Source: a virus (lineage: Duplodnaviria; Caudoviricetes). Taken from it: DNA of 64,000 bases. Location: the IMG/VR virus record IMGVR_UViG_3300042268_000478, positions 32,001 through 96,000 of that record, one strand, 5' to 3'. Shown here piece by piece: positions 28,844-38,274 of the stretch. Numbering within the stretch: the first letter of the stretch is position 1; each line of letters starts with the position of its first letter. The translations under genes were made by a program, and so were the position numbers. The notes under the pieces are model-generated. The model made no database searches. It was given only the letters and a program-made list of their open reading frames with translations, and was not told the DNA's origin.

Positions 28844-29782
28844 ATGAGCAAGCAAAAAGCAACCTTTAACGACCTGACCATCGGCGTGGAAATCGAACTG
28901 GTAGGCATCGAACGCGACACGGCCGCAGAAGCCATTAAATCGGTAGTAGGCGGCAACGTCCGCTACCTCGGCGGAGCCTACAACGCATGGAGCGTTACCG
29001 ACGAAAGCAACAGAGTTTGGAAAATAGTTAGCGACTCAAGCCTCGACGCACCGCGCCACCTGCAAGTCGAGGTCGTCAGCCCGATTTTAAAGTATGACGA
29101 CATCGAAACCTTGCAGGAAGTTTTAAGAGCGTTACGCAGAGCCGGAAGTCGCACCTCACCATCGGCCGGAGTTCATATACACATTGGCCAAGAACCATTT
29201 AACGTTAAACAACTTGCGAATCTAGCCAAGATGGTCTACAAGAACGAAGAGCTTTACATCCACGCACTCGGCATCCACCGCCAGCGCATGCAGTACACCC
29301 AACGGATGAATCAACGGCTGATAGACGAAATCACTGCCAAGCCACCGAAAACCATCGAAGACCTCAACAAAGCAATTTACGGCTACTACAACGACTGCCC
29401 AGAGCATTACAACAGCGCAAGGTACTCTATCCTCAACCTCCATGCCGCCATTACCGGCCCCACGATAGAATTTAGAGCTGCGAATTCAACCTTGCACAGC
29501 GGTAAATTACGCTCATATATATTACTAGTTATGAGCCTCGCACTAAAAGCCTTAAATTCTAAATGCGCCTCCAGCAAGAAAAAGGCATTTAACGAGGAGA
29601 GTGCCCGATATGACATGAGAGTTATACTACTCAACCTTGGCTGGAAAAATTCACCTATTTTCAAGAATCCGCGCAAACATCTTTTAGCCAACATGCCCGG
29701 TAGCTCAGCCTTTAAAACTCAAGCCCAAGCCGATAAACACGCCGCCAAGTACGCCGCCAAGCGTCGGGCTGAAAAACAGTAG
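28844..29782 (+). CDS. Putative amidoligase (COOH-NH2 ligase, Amidoligase_2 family)
   Basis: 'GVEIE', 'WKIVSDSSL', 'EVVSPIL', 'GVHIHIG', 'RYSILNL', 'TIEFR'. Confidence 0.9.
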   Translation: MSKQKATFNDLTIGVEIELVGIERDTAAEAIKSVVGGNVRYLGGAYNAWSVTDESNRVWKIVSDSSLDAPRHLQVEVVSPILKYDDIETLQEVLRALRRAGSRTSPSAGVHIHIGQEPFNVKQLANLAKMVYKNEELYIHALGIHRQRMQYTQRMNQRLIDEITAKPPKTIEDLNKAIYGYYNDCPEHYNSARYSILNLHAAITGPTIEFRAANSTLHSGKLRSYILLVMSLALKALNSKCASSKKKAFNEESARYDMRVILLNLGWKNSPIFKNPRKHLLANMPGSSAFKTQAQADKHAAKYAAKRRAEKQ

Positions 29783-29792
29783 GAGGTAGCCA

Positions 29793-30233
29793 ATGTTTTA
29801 CTACTTCGCCTACGGCTCAAATCAAGACCCGAAAAGGGCGGCACGCCGGATGCCCGGCGCGATCGCCCTTGGCGTGGCGACTCTCCACAATTACCGCTTA
29901 GCCGAACGGCTCTATGCCGATGTTGATTTCGGTGAGGGAGCCAGCGTCCAAGGCGTTTTATATCTGATTAACTCGGCGCAATTATTCAATCTCGACATCT
30001 GCGAGGGCTACCCACTGGTTTACAAACGGCAATGGCTGGAGGTGGAGTTTCGTGGCGAAAAGCTACTGGCAATCACCTACGAAATGACCGCCGTCACCAA
30101 AGCCCAACGCGAGGGTAAGCCATACCCAGAAAAATATCGAAAAATCTGTCACGCCGGAGCGCGGCACTACAAAATCAAAAGCCAATTTACCAAGAAAAGG
30201 AGTAAGAAACCATGTCCGAAAACAAAATCATAG
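29793..30233 (+). CDS. Gamma-glutamylcyclotransferase-family protein
   Basis: 'YYFAYGSNQ', 'VQGVLY', 'LDICEGYPLVY'. Confidence 0.88.
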   Translation: MFYYFAYGSNQDPKRAARRMPGAIALGVATLHNYRLAERLYADVDFGEGASVQGVLYLINSAQLFNLDICEGYPLVYKRQWLEVEFRGEKLLAITYEMTAVTKAQREGKPYPEKYRKICHAGARHYKIKSQFTKKRSKKPCPKTKS

Positions 30234-30577
30234 CCGTGTACGGAACTTTAAGAACTGATTGCAAAAATCACCACTTCGCCGCCGGAGCAATCAGTAACCA
30301 GCCATGCACAATCACCGGAACGCTCTACGATACCGGCTACGGCTTTCCGGCATTTGAACTGGAAGGCAACACCGAAATTGTCGCTGAACTCATCGAAGTA
30401 ACCGCTCAAGATTTCGCCAATATAGAAAAACTGGAAGGTTACCCGAACCTTTACCGCCACCAACAGATCCCGGCAACGCTCCCCGACGGCTCAAATGTTC
30501 AAGCATGGGTTTACATCATGAACCGTTTACCCGAACATGCCACCGTAATCAAATCCGGCGACTGGAAAAAGAGATAA
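30212..30577 (+). CDS. Gamma-glutamylcyclotransferase (AIG2-like) protein
   Basis: 'AVYGTLR', 'LEGYPNLY', 'AWVY', 'IKSGDW'. Confidence 0.88.
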   Translation: MSENKIIAVYGTLRTDCKNHHFAAGAISNQPCTITGTLYDTGYGFPAFELEGNTEIVAELIEVTAQDFANIEKLEGYPNLYRHQQIPATLPDGSNVQAWVYIMNRLPEHATVIKSGDWKKR

Positions 30578-31340
30578 CCGCAACCACAGCCCTACAGAAA
30601 TAACGCCACACACCGCCAACGTTCGCCTCAACGTGCGATTATATCCACGGCTCGGCATCGGCCTATAGCCGACCAAAATAATAACGCGACAAATCGCCAC
30701 AGCTCTGCGAATCTCGGCAAGGTCAACAATCTCCCAATAACTTTGTAATAAAGTGGTTGCTATAATCTAAACCCACGCCATTGTACGCACATCGAGACCC
30801 GCCAGCAGCCCGCAACACCGACAGCGGAGCAACCCCGTGCCGGCCGGGGGATATAAATTGTCGGCCCTTTCTATTGTTGAACTTTCTCCTCGACCACTGG
30901 TCGGCGGTTCGTTGTGTTAATTTAAGAAAGCAGTTTTATTATATACGAACTGCAACATCCCTTGGATTTGAGGCTGATTTTGATAAATAGAGAAAATTCG
31001 ATGCTTTAAAAATATCGAGTAAAGATCGGATTTATTTATCGACCTTTGCTTTTTCAAAGAGATTTATTGAAATTTTAGTCTGTTTCGCACATGTTCTTTC
31101 TTAAGTACTTATTCTCTAAGTAGTTAGCTGTAAATGTAAAAGTAAAGGACGGCGACCTTTACTCAACGGAGAATTTGCGGGGATTTGGCTTGCGGATGGC
31201 AGATGAACACGGATTTGGAGATTCTCTGCTGGCTTGATTGCGAGAGAATGAAACTTCGCTAAGTCTTTACTGTCAGGCAGATATGTGACTTGTTTGCCTG
31301 TGTCGATTCCAATGGACTGGACGGCAGAGAATGAAAAAAA

Positions 31341-31387
31341 TGGTCGGGATGAGAAGATTCGAACTTCCGACCTTTTGACCCCCAGTC
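31341..31387 (-). repeat. att site: 3' half of tRNA-Pro(GGG)
   Basis: Reverse complement GACTGGGGGTCAAAAGGTCGGAAGTTCGAATCTTCTCATCCCGACCA gives anticodon loop, T-arm and CCA; 5' half absent; about 130 bp from integrase. Confidence 0.88.
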
Positions 31388-31408
31388 TATAGCATCAAGC
31401 AAAGAATA

Positions 31409-31434
31409 CTGAAAATGTTCTGAAAATGTTCTGA
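31409..31434. repeat. Tandem 11-bp direct repeat CTGAAAATGTT x2 (candidate arm-type site)
   Basis: Between att core and integrase start. Confidence 0.5.
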
Positions 31435-31519
31435 TTATACCCTAATGAAGCGCTTGTAATGGCGAGACTGAGCGTATATATTCCAGACAGTATAGCAAAC
31501 AAAAATAACCAGTAAATCT

Positions 31520-32863
31520 ATGTCTGTTTTTAAAAGAAAAACCACAAAGGGCGAAACCAAAGAATACCACTACAAGTTTATATGTGGTGGAAAAACATTT
31601 TACGGCGTATGCAAGGAATGCTATGACATCAAAGCAGCCCGTGAGTTTGAAGCCAATCAAAAAAACCTCGTTAAAGAATTGGCATCACAGAAAAGCGTTA
31701 AAGCTCTTGTTGAAAACTTCCGTAATGAACTGTCTGGCGGCGTTAAAATTCCTTTAACGAAAGCATTTGATTTATCTCTAAAAAAGCCAAGGCGCTTTAA
31801 CGCGTCAGAAAAGCACATTGATGTAAAACGTTCTCAATTCGATGATTTTGTACAGTATATGAAGGCTAAGCATAAAGATGTTATAAATATATCGGACGTG
31901 CAGAAAATGCACTCAGAGGGCTATATACATTATTTACGGACAAACGGAAAATTCAATAAAAAAGTATCATTCAAGAATAGAATGAAGGGAGGCAAAAAGA
32001 GCTCATATCAGCGCACAGAAAAAAGCTTGTCTCCAAGAACAATTAACGCTTACCATAAAACTATCACTGAAGTTTTTAATTTACTTTTTGAGGATGCTGG
32101 ATTACATGAAAACTATTTTTCAAAAATCCATTTGCTACAAGAAAACAGTGAAACCAGAGAAGCCTTTTCTGAGGAAGAATTGGAACTCATTATAAAAGAA
32201 GCCAACCCGTTCATAAAAGCGATCTTCACCATAGGCTTTTTTACCGCTTTTCGTGAGGGAGATATATCAACTCTTCGCTGGCAAGAAGTAAACTTTAAAA
32301 CTCACATCATACGGCGCAAGCTTATTAAAACAGGAAAGATTGTTGAAGTTCCAATTATGCCACCATTGATGGAATTTCTCAAGAATCAATACAAGGTAAC
32401 AGGTGAAGATGAGTATGTCCTACCGGAACATGCAGAAATGTACAAAAAGAACCCTTCTGGCATAAGCTACCGAGTGAAAAAATTTCTGGAAAGCCTTGGA
32501 ATCCAAACGACAAAAAAAGTTGCTGGTAGAGACCGTGCTATCTCTGTCAAAGATGTCCATAGCCTACGGCATACTTTTTGCTACTTTGCCGGAATCGCCG
32601 GAATTCCTCTGGTCGTGGTTCAATCTATCGTAGGTCATATGACCCCAGAAATGACAGCTCATTATACTGCACATGCTGACCGCAAAGCTAAACATGAAAA
32701 AATGTTACTGCTTCCCAATCTATTAAAGAGCCTACCAGAGCCAGAACCCGCAAATCCTGAAATTGATTCAAACGTTGAAGCAAAAAGAAAGCGTCTGCTT
32801 GAGCACTTAGCCCTTGCAGACGCAGGAGAGATAAATAAATTTCACGCTCTATTAGAAGCGTAA
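31520..32863 (+). CDS. int: Tyrosine integrase
   Basis: 'TAFREGDISTLRW', 'HSLRH', 'VGHMTPEMTAHY'. Confidence 0.95.
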   Translation: MSVFKRKTTKGETKEYHYKFICGGKTFYGVCKECYDIKAAREFEANQKNLVKELASQKSVKALVENFRNELSGGVKIPLTKAFDLSLKKPRRFNASEKHIDVKRSQFDDFVQYMKAKHKDVINISDVQKMHSEGYIHYLRTNGKFNKKVSFKNRMKGGKKSSYQRTEKSLSPRTINAYHKTITEVFNLLFEDAGLHENYFSKIHLLQENSETREAFSEEELELIIKEANPFIKAIFTIGFFTAFREGDISTLRWQEVNFKTHIIRRKLIKTGKIVEVPIMPPLMEFLKNQYKVTGEDEYVLPEHAEMYKKNPSGISYRVKKFLESLGIQTTKKVAGRDRAISVKDVHSLRHTFCYFAGIAGIPLVVVQSIVGHMTPEMTAHYTAHADRKAKHEKMLLLPNLLKSLPEPEPANPEIDSNVEAKRKRLLEHLALADAGEINKFHALLEA

Positions 32864-33562
32864 ATTAACTTCATAAGAAACTACAGGATATATCCAAAGC
32901 AAAGTCTGCCTTGCCTGAGTCTTCTTGAATTCTAGTTTTGCTTTTAAGTTTTGACTATTTGGTATTGTGTTTAGGACAATAGACTTGCCCTTATCGTTAT
33001 ATATTGCAAAAATTACCTGTTCATCAACGGTTTTGAGAAAAACCATATCGCCATCCTGAGGATAATCTTTGCCTGCAATGAATACTGTAGCATTTTCAGG
33101 AAGAGAAGGCAGCCAATCCTTAGTATCCATTTTGATTGCAAGCATGCCGCCAGGAATAGCTTTCTTGGCATGAAACTCTACTTTCTCGTTTGACATATTC
33201 TTTGCAAATTTGTCAAATGCATCTAGCATCCCAGGATATTGAGAGGCTGTCTCAAGATTTATTACTGGCAACATCGCCGGAATATATTTAGGGTCTAAAT
33301 ATTTTTCAGGGATATCATCTAAAGTGCTAGCATACTGCTCCTTGCCTGCATCATCAACATAAATACTATCAGCAGGAAGATATTTTTTAATGTATGAAAA
33401 TAGTATCTGCCACTTAGGTTCTGTGATTCCATTACCCTTTTTTCGCCATTTGATAAGTGCGGCCTCGGAAATACCGAGCTTAGCGGCAAAATCTTTTGCA
33501 GGTTTTCCACTGTCCGAAATGTACTTATTTATTGCGCTGGCAATATTGCTGTCTACTTTCAT
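32852..33562 (-). CDS. CI-like repressor (HTH + degenerate S24-like C-terminus)
   Basis: 'AKDFAAKLGISEAALIKWRK'; divergent from early operon; start chosen after GGAG RBS. Confidence 0.75.
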   Translation of the reverse strand: MKVDSNIASAINKYISDSGKPAKDFAAKLGISEAALIKWRKKGNGITEPKWQILFSYIKKYLPADSIYVDDAGKEQYASTLDDIPEKYLDPKYIPAMLPVINLETASQYPGMLDAFDKFAKNMSNEKVEFHAKKAIPGGMLAIKMDTKDWLPSLPENATVFIAGKDYPQDGDMVFLKTVDEQVIFAIYNDKGKSIVLNTIPNSQNLKAKLEFKKTQARQTLLWIYPVVSYEVNLRF

Positions 33563-33817
33563 AGTCTTGTGCTCCTGTGGTTTTCGCATAAAATAATTAT
33601 GCGTCTTTTGCAGCCCATCAAAAACTTCATTTACTACTCGTTATACTCCTCTGTGGTTTTTTAGGTAACTGTACTTGGTTAAAAAAAATAATTATATAAC
33701 GTAATAATTATTTAATTATATATTGTAATAATAGAATATTGCATATTTCACCTCATTGCAAGTTTTTCCATTTAGCTGAGCTTAAAATATTTCACTATTT
33801 TTTTAATTTACTACTTT

Positions 33818-33833
33818 AATTTACTAAATTAAC
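33818..33833 (+). promoter_or_regulatory. Repeated motif AATTTACTAAATTAAC (copy 1)
   Basis: Exact copies at 38171-38186 and 54093-54108; 1-mismatch copy at 40335-40350. Confidence 0.6.
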
Positions 33834-33883
33834 CATTATAATAAACTTTATAATCTTTAAAAACCACAACAAAAGGAAACCAC

Positions 33884-34210
33884 ATGCATAAAAAAAGAGA
33901 ATATCCTGAAGGGCTAATGGTTAAGATCAAACATCAATTAATCATTGGCTTCCTCGAAAAACAACGACTGAAAGGTAAATCAAACACTGAGATTGTTGAA
34001 CACGCCTTGGCGAGCTTTCTCGGCATTTCTTTGCCGGACAAGAAATATGGAACAAGGGCAAGAAAAAGCGGAGCTGACTACACAAAAGGGCTTCCGGTAA
34101 AAATCAGCGAGAACAGCCTGATCAAAGAAATACTTTATAGAAGAACAGCCAAAGGCATCCCGCATTGTTTCACTGTTGAGAAAGCAATGCTCGCCTACAT
34201 GGAGGGATGA
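33884..34210 (+). CDS. Cro-position small regulator with internal duplication
   Basis: First gene of early operon; two similar halves (YPEGLMVKI / YTKGLPVKI). Confidence 0.6.
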   Translation: MHKKREYPEGLMVKIKHQLIIGFLEKQRLKGKSNTEIVEHALASFLGISLPDKKYGTRARKSGADYTKGLPVKISENSLIKEILYRRTAKGIPHCFTVEKAMLAYMEG

Positions 34211-34211
34211 A

Positions 34212-34511
34212 ATGAATAGTGTAGCAAAGATACCTGAAAGCATTGTGACTTCAGTCTCAGTACTACTCCATCCATATGGCATAGATTTCAAGGAGCTTTT
34301 GAATAAGGCAAAAGATAATTTCGGCAAAACAGAAACAAAATACATGACCCCTTCACAGGCAGCACAGTATTGCGGTTTTTCTCCAAAAACAATTAGAGAC
34401 AAAGCTCTTGCTGGAGAAATAGACTCTACGAGAATTGGGCATTCCGAAAAAAGCCGAGTTCTAATCTTAAAAAGCAGTTTGGACGCATGGCTTGAAAGTT
34501 TCAAGTCATAA
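34212..34511 (+). CDS. Excisionase-like HTH protein
   Basis: 'YMTPSQAAQYCGFSPKTIRD...GEI'. Confidence 0.8.
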   Translation: MNSVAKIPESIVTSVSVLLHPYGIDFKELLNKAKDNFGKTETKYMTPSQAAQYCGFSPKTIRDKALAGEIDSTRIGHSEKSRVLILKSSLDAWLESFKS

Positions 34512-34547
34512 CATAAAAAACCACAAAAGAAAGAAAAGGAGCTTATC

Positions 34548-35264
34548 ATGAGCAACCTCGTAATCGCAAACGAAACAATCACGGCACTGGACAATGCGGC
34601 AAAAGCTGGATTGATTGCCCAGAAAGAAGCAAGCCAGTTTAAGAAAATGGCTTTAGTTGCCGGAGCAATTCAGGAATTAAGGGCTTTGCTTACTCCTAAA
34701 GTCATGGCTCCCGTTATGGCTTTGCAAGGCACGGCTATTGGATTCAGAACCGACAAAGACGGCAAAGGAGGATATGACGTTGATACCGTAAAAGATTGCC
34801 TCATTGAAGCTACTCTTCAGGGCGTTTTTCCGGTAGGGAACGAATTCAATATCATCGCCAGCAGGTGCTATATCACCAAGGAAGGTTTCGGGCATAAACT
34901 TCGTGATATTCCTGGGCTTTCCTACATGATTACTCCATCCGTGCCGGTAATGAGAAACGGTGGTGCTGTTGTAAAAATGCTTGTTGAATGGACTTACAAC
35001 GGCAAGTCTAACTCCAGAGAGCTAGAGATTGCCGTCAGGGTGAATAACGGCATGGGAACCGATGCTATCATTGGAAAAGCTGAACGCAAAGCCCGTGCAT
35101 GGCTGTACAAAGCAGTTACGGGACAGGAAATCGGCGAAGGCGATGTCGAAGACTTGGACGCTATTGACGTTACGGTTACTGATGTTGAAGCAACCTCCCC
35201 ATTTGAGGAAGAAGCAACAACTGAACCGCCACCGGAAGAAGCGCAAGACGAACTCCCAATGTAA
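34548..35264 (+). CDS. Putative single-strand annealing/recombination protein
   Basis: Position before exonuclease; acidic tail; family not firmly identified. Confidence 0.45.
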   Translation: MSNLVIANETITALDNAAKAGLIAQKEASQFKKMALVAGAIQELRALLTPKVMAPVMALQGTAIGFRTDKDGKGGYDVDTVKDCLIEATLQGVFPVGNEFNIIASRCYITKEGFGHKLRDIPGLSYMITPSVPVMRNGGAVVKMLVEWTYNGKSNSRELEIAVRVNNGMGTDAIIGKAERKARAWLYKAVTGQEIGEGDVEDLDAIDVTVTDVEATSPFEEEATTEPPPEEAQDELPM

Positions 35265-35331
35265 ATACACAGGCGGCTGAAATATGCCGCCTTTAAACTT
35301 AAAAAAAACCACAGCGAGGATATACCACAAA

Positions 35332-36405
35332 ATGAGCAGCCAACAACATCACGAACATAGCCCAAGTAAATTAGAACAAATGCGGCTTTGTCCAGCAAGC
35401 AACCCAATGCAAAAGGGCATTCCAGATGCGCACGGAGAAGAGTGGACAGAGGAAGGGGGGCTTCTTCACGCAAGGGTTGTAACAAGAGATACAACAGACC
35501 TGAATGATGAACAGATAGAAACTCTAAATAAGTGCTGGAGATTCTTTAAAGGCATCTTTGAAAAAGGAGATACCGTTTTCTACGAAGAAAAAGTACAAAT
35601 ACATGACCACGAAGGCAACCTGCTTACCGAGGGTACAGCGGATGTAATCATCTTGAAACTTGATGGGTCTATGAAAATAATAGACTGGAAATTCGGTTGG
35701 ATTCCTGTTGATAATGCAAATAAAAATATTCAGCTTGCCAGCTATGCGGTTGGAGCTATGCAAAAATACAAAAAGAAAGAATGCGAAGTACATGTTTTTC
35801 AGCCTCGCATCAGGCACCAGACAAAATTCACGTTCACAAACGAAAATGCAATAATTAAAAACATTAAAAAGATTATTACCCGTTCCACAATGGACACGTT
35901 GGTCTTCATGGCTAGCGAAAAAGCCTGTAGATATTGCAAGGCACGTTTGAACTGTCCGGCATTCCGTATCAAATTTCAAAAACTAGCTGCGTCACGCAAC
36001 ATTTATGATCTCTCTAACCCAGATATCGTCTCCAAGCTTTACGAAGTCTCAAAGGACATCAAAGTCTTCATACGGGAAATTGAAGACATCCTCAAAAAGA
36101 TCATTGCACGGGACGGTGTTTGCGGTAAATGGAAAATCCAGAAAAAAGATGGCAGCAGACAGATCAAAAAACTTAACGACCTTTATGACCGCCTGGGCGT
36201 TTGGCTCACGCCAAAAGAATTTAACTCCGTATGCAGCGTTACTCTCGGTAAACTGGAAAAACTGTGCGTAGAAAAGATTGTAGCAGAGGCTAAATCCAGA
36301 GGAGAGGAAATGTCAAAAGAAGAAGCAAGACGGCAATTGTACGTAGTCATAGGAGATTTAATCATACGGGGAAACCCGACTAAAAATATTGTAGAGGTGG
36401 CATGA
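35332..36405 (+). CDS. DUF2800/Cas4-like PD-(D/E)XK exonuclease
   Basis: 'HSPSKL...CP', 'GTADVI', 'IIDWKFG', 'QLASYA', 'CRYCKARLNCP'. Confidence 0.85.
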   Translation: MSSQQHHEHSPSKLEQMRLCPASNPMQKGIPDAHGEEWTEEGGLLHARVVTRDTTDLNDEQIETLNKCWRFFKGIFEKGDTVFYEEKVQIHDHEGNLLTEGTADVIILKLDGSMKIIDWKFGWIPVDNANKNIQLASYAVGAMQKYKKKECEVHVFQPRIRHQTKFTFTNENAIIKNIKKIITRSTMDTLVFMASEKACRYCKARLNCPAFRIKFQKLAASRNIYDLSNPDIVSKLYEVSKDIKVFIREIEDILKKIIARDGVCGKWKIQKKDGSRQIKKLNDLYDRLGVWLTPKEFNSVCSVTLGKLEKLCVEKIVAEAKSRGEEMSKEEARRQLYVVIGDLIIRGNPTKNIVEVA

Positions 36406-37211
36406 TGCCTAATAGAATTATCAGAGAAGGGATTTTGGACAGCGATGAAGTGGACAAACTGGATGTTCACGCAGAACTTTTTTACCGCAGATTGATGTCT
36501 GTAGTCGATGACTACGGAAGGTTTGACGCAAGACCGGCAATTCTCAGAGCCAGATGCTATCCGCTCCGGCTCGACAAAGTGACAGAAGAGGACATAAAAA
36601 ATTATCTCAAAGCTTGCCATAAACTGATTACTATTTACACGGCAAAAGGGAAACCATATCTCCAGATTAATAACTGGAAACAGCAGGTTCGAGCAAAATA
36701 CAGCAAATATCCAGCACCCGAAGAACAAACGTCTACCCCATGCGAAGCATATGATATACAACCGCAAACAGATGAACAGCATATGGACACTATAGACGAA
36801 GACGAAGTCGGAGTCGATATTAGACCTAACGGTCTTGTTGACGTAACGCCAACAGAGCCCCCTGCTCCGAAAGCAAAACCTGTCAATTTTAAGGAAATTG
36901 TCGACAGGTGGAATACCTTTGCCAAGGAAAATGGCTTGTCGCAAGTGGAAATAATCACAGACAAGCGCAAGAACAAGATTAAAACACGACTTGCGGAGAA
37001 CATAAATTTTCCAGCAATCGAACAGAAAATAAAGGACAGCCCGTTTCTCAGGGGTGATAACAATAAGCAGTGGAAGATAACTTTTGATTGGCTGATTGAA
37101 AATGATTCCAACTGGGTCAAGGTCGCAGAAGGGCAGTACGACAAAAAGAAACCAGGCGGTTCAAGGCAAAATAAGCAAATCCAGAAGCAAGACTACCAAG
37201 AGGCATTCTGA
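36402..37211 (+). CDS. Phage replication initiator
   Basis: 'MPNRIIREGIL..DDYGRF'; C-terminal 'FLRGDN..WKITFDWLI...KVAEGQY'. Confidence 0.8.
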   Translation: MMPNRIIREGILDSDEVDKLDVHAELFYRRLMSVVDDYGRFDARPAILRARCYPLRLDKVTEEDIKNYLKACHKLITIYTAKGKPYLQINNWKQQVRAKYSKYPAPEEQTSTPCEAYDIQPQTDEQHMDTIDEDEVGVDIRPNGLVDVTPTEPPAPKAKPVNFKEIVDRWNTFAKENGLSQVEIITDKRKNKIKTRLAENINFPAIEQKIKDSPFLRGDNNKQWKITFDWLIENDSNWVKVAEGQYDKKKPGGSRQNKQIQKQDYQEAF

Positions 37212-37873
37212 TGATAATAAACCTTGAAAAAATACGTCCCAAAACACGACGTGAACCGTCTGCCCAAGCTCTGGATAAACTAAAAAAGCACTATGCTGGA
37301 GTTATGCAGAAATACGGTTACGATACCCGTTCATCCAAGGCATTTGATAAGCTTGCTGAATATTTTGCCAGATACTACGCAGGAACAAAATACCTGCATG
37401 AAGGAGCAGAGGACAGTGCGCAAAGTAATGAAATATTCGACTTGCCGGAAAGAGGCTTGCTGCTTTTTGGTCCATGTGGCACCGGCAAAACTTACGCAAT
37501 GCAAATTTTTTCCGGCTTGTTTTCCATAGAGATTATCTATGCTGATGAACTGGCTCAAGCGTACGGAATTGGAGGCGAAAAGCAATTCTGGGATTATGTT
37601 GCGCTTTTTGATAATAAGCCTCTTATCGTTGATGATATTGCGAGTGAGCGTGAAATTAAGAGCTACGGCAACGAAAGCATAATGATAGACTTCATTTATC
37701 GCAGGGAGCGCCGGTTTAAATACGCCGGAGTATTAACTTTTTTCACCAGCAATGTCATAAACCGCAAGGGACTAGTAGAGCGTTATGGAGACAGGGCTGT
37801 AAGTCGGATGCTCGGCATGACTGATCAAATTCTACTGACCGGTACTGATGGTCGTTTGATTCGTAAAAGTTGA
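37211..37873 (+). CDS. DnaC/IstB-like ATPase (helicase loader)
   Basis: Walker A 'GPCGTGKT', 'LIVDDI', 'RYGDRAVSRM'. Confidence 0.85.
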   Translation: MIINLEKIRPKTRREPSAQALDKLKKHYAGVMQKYGYDTRSSKAFDKLAEYFARYYAGTKYLHEGAEDSAQSNEIFDLPERGLLLFGPCGTGKTYAMQIFSGLFSIEIIYADELAQAYGIGGEKQFWDYVALFDNKPLIVDDIASEREIKSYGNESIMIDFIYRRERRFKYAGVLTFFTSNVINRKGLVERYGDRAVSRMLGMTDQILLTGTDGRLIRKS

Positions 37874-37975
37874 ATAAAAGGCAAATAAATTTTATCTTAA
37901 ATATTTTGTGTTTGCTCGGAGTAATAAAAGTTCAGGGCACAATTTAGTAACTTATTTCCAAAGGAGAAGGACAAG

Positions 37976-38125
37976 ATGAAGTCCCAAACAGCGACTAACG
38001 AAGGTAAGAGACAAGAAGTAATTGCAGTTCCATGCTCGAAGATAGGAGTTCAAGCCTATCATGGTGAAGTAAAAAATCCTGAAAAGCTTCGTTTTAAGCC
38101 CCTCAAGGAAATTAGCAACAAGTAG
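37976..38125 (+). CDS. Small 49-aa ORF not in the ORF track
   Basis: AAGGAGAAGG RBS; MKSQTATNEGKRQEVIAVPCSKIGVQAYHGEVKNPEKLRFKPLKEISNK. Confidence 0.5.
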   Translation: MKSQTATNEGKRQEVIAVPCSKIGVQAYHGEVKNPEKLRFKPLKEISNK

Positions 38126-38274
38126 TAAATTTCACCTCACAGGCCAAAAAAAAGGATATTTTTATAAAATAATTTACTAAATTAACTTGCTTTTAGTAAA
38201 TAAAGTTATAGTTTAATATTACAGTTCACAAAAAACCACAAACCCCGTAAGGGAAAAAACCACAGGAGAGTAAC

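Larger units (their letters stand above)
1..30600 (+). mobile_element. Element 1: prophage-like or defective element (immunity module, MTase, siphovirus-type head/tail operon, accessory genes); left end outside window
   Basis: Continuous + strand operon of portal, capsid, tail tube and tape measure genes; ends before the att-like tRNA fragment; boundaries approximate. Confidence 0.8.

Noticed and set aside
30781-30990. 69-aa ORF in the inter-element gap
   Set aside because: TTG start without RBS and no motif.
31341-31420. Intact tRNA-Pro gene
   Set aside because: The D-arm and 5' acceptor strand are absent; similarity stops at the anticodon arm, so it is called an att remnant.
35332-36405. 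Cas4 / CRISPR-Cas locus
   Set aside because: No repeat-spacer array or other cas genes seen; context is phage recombination.
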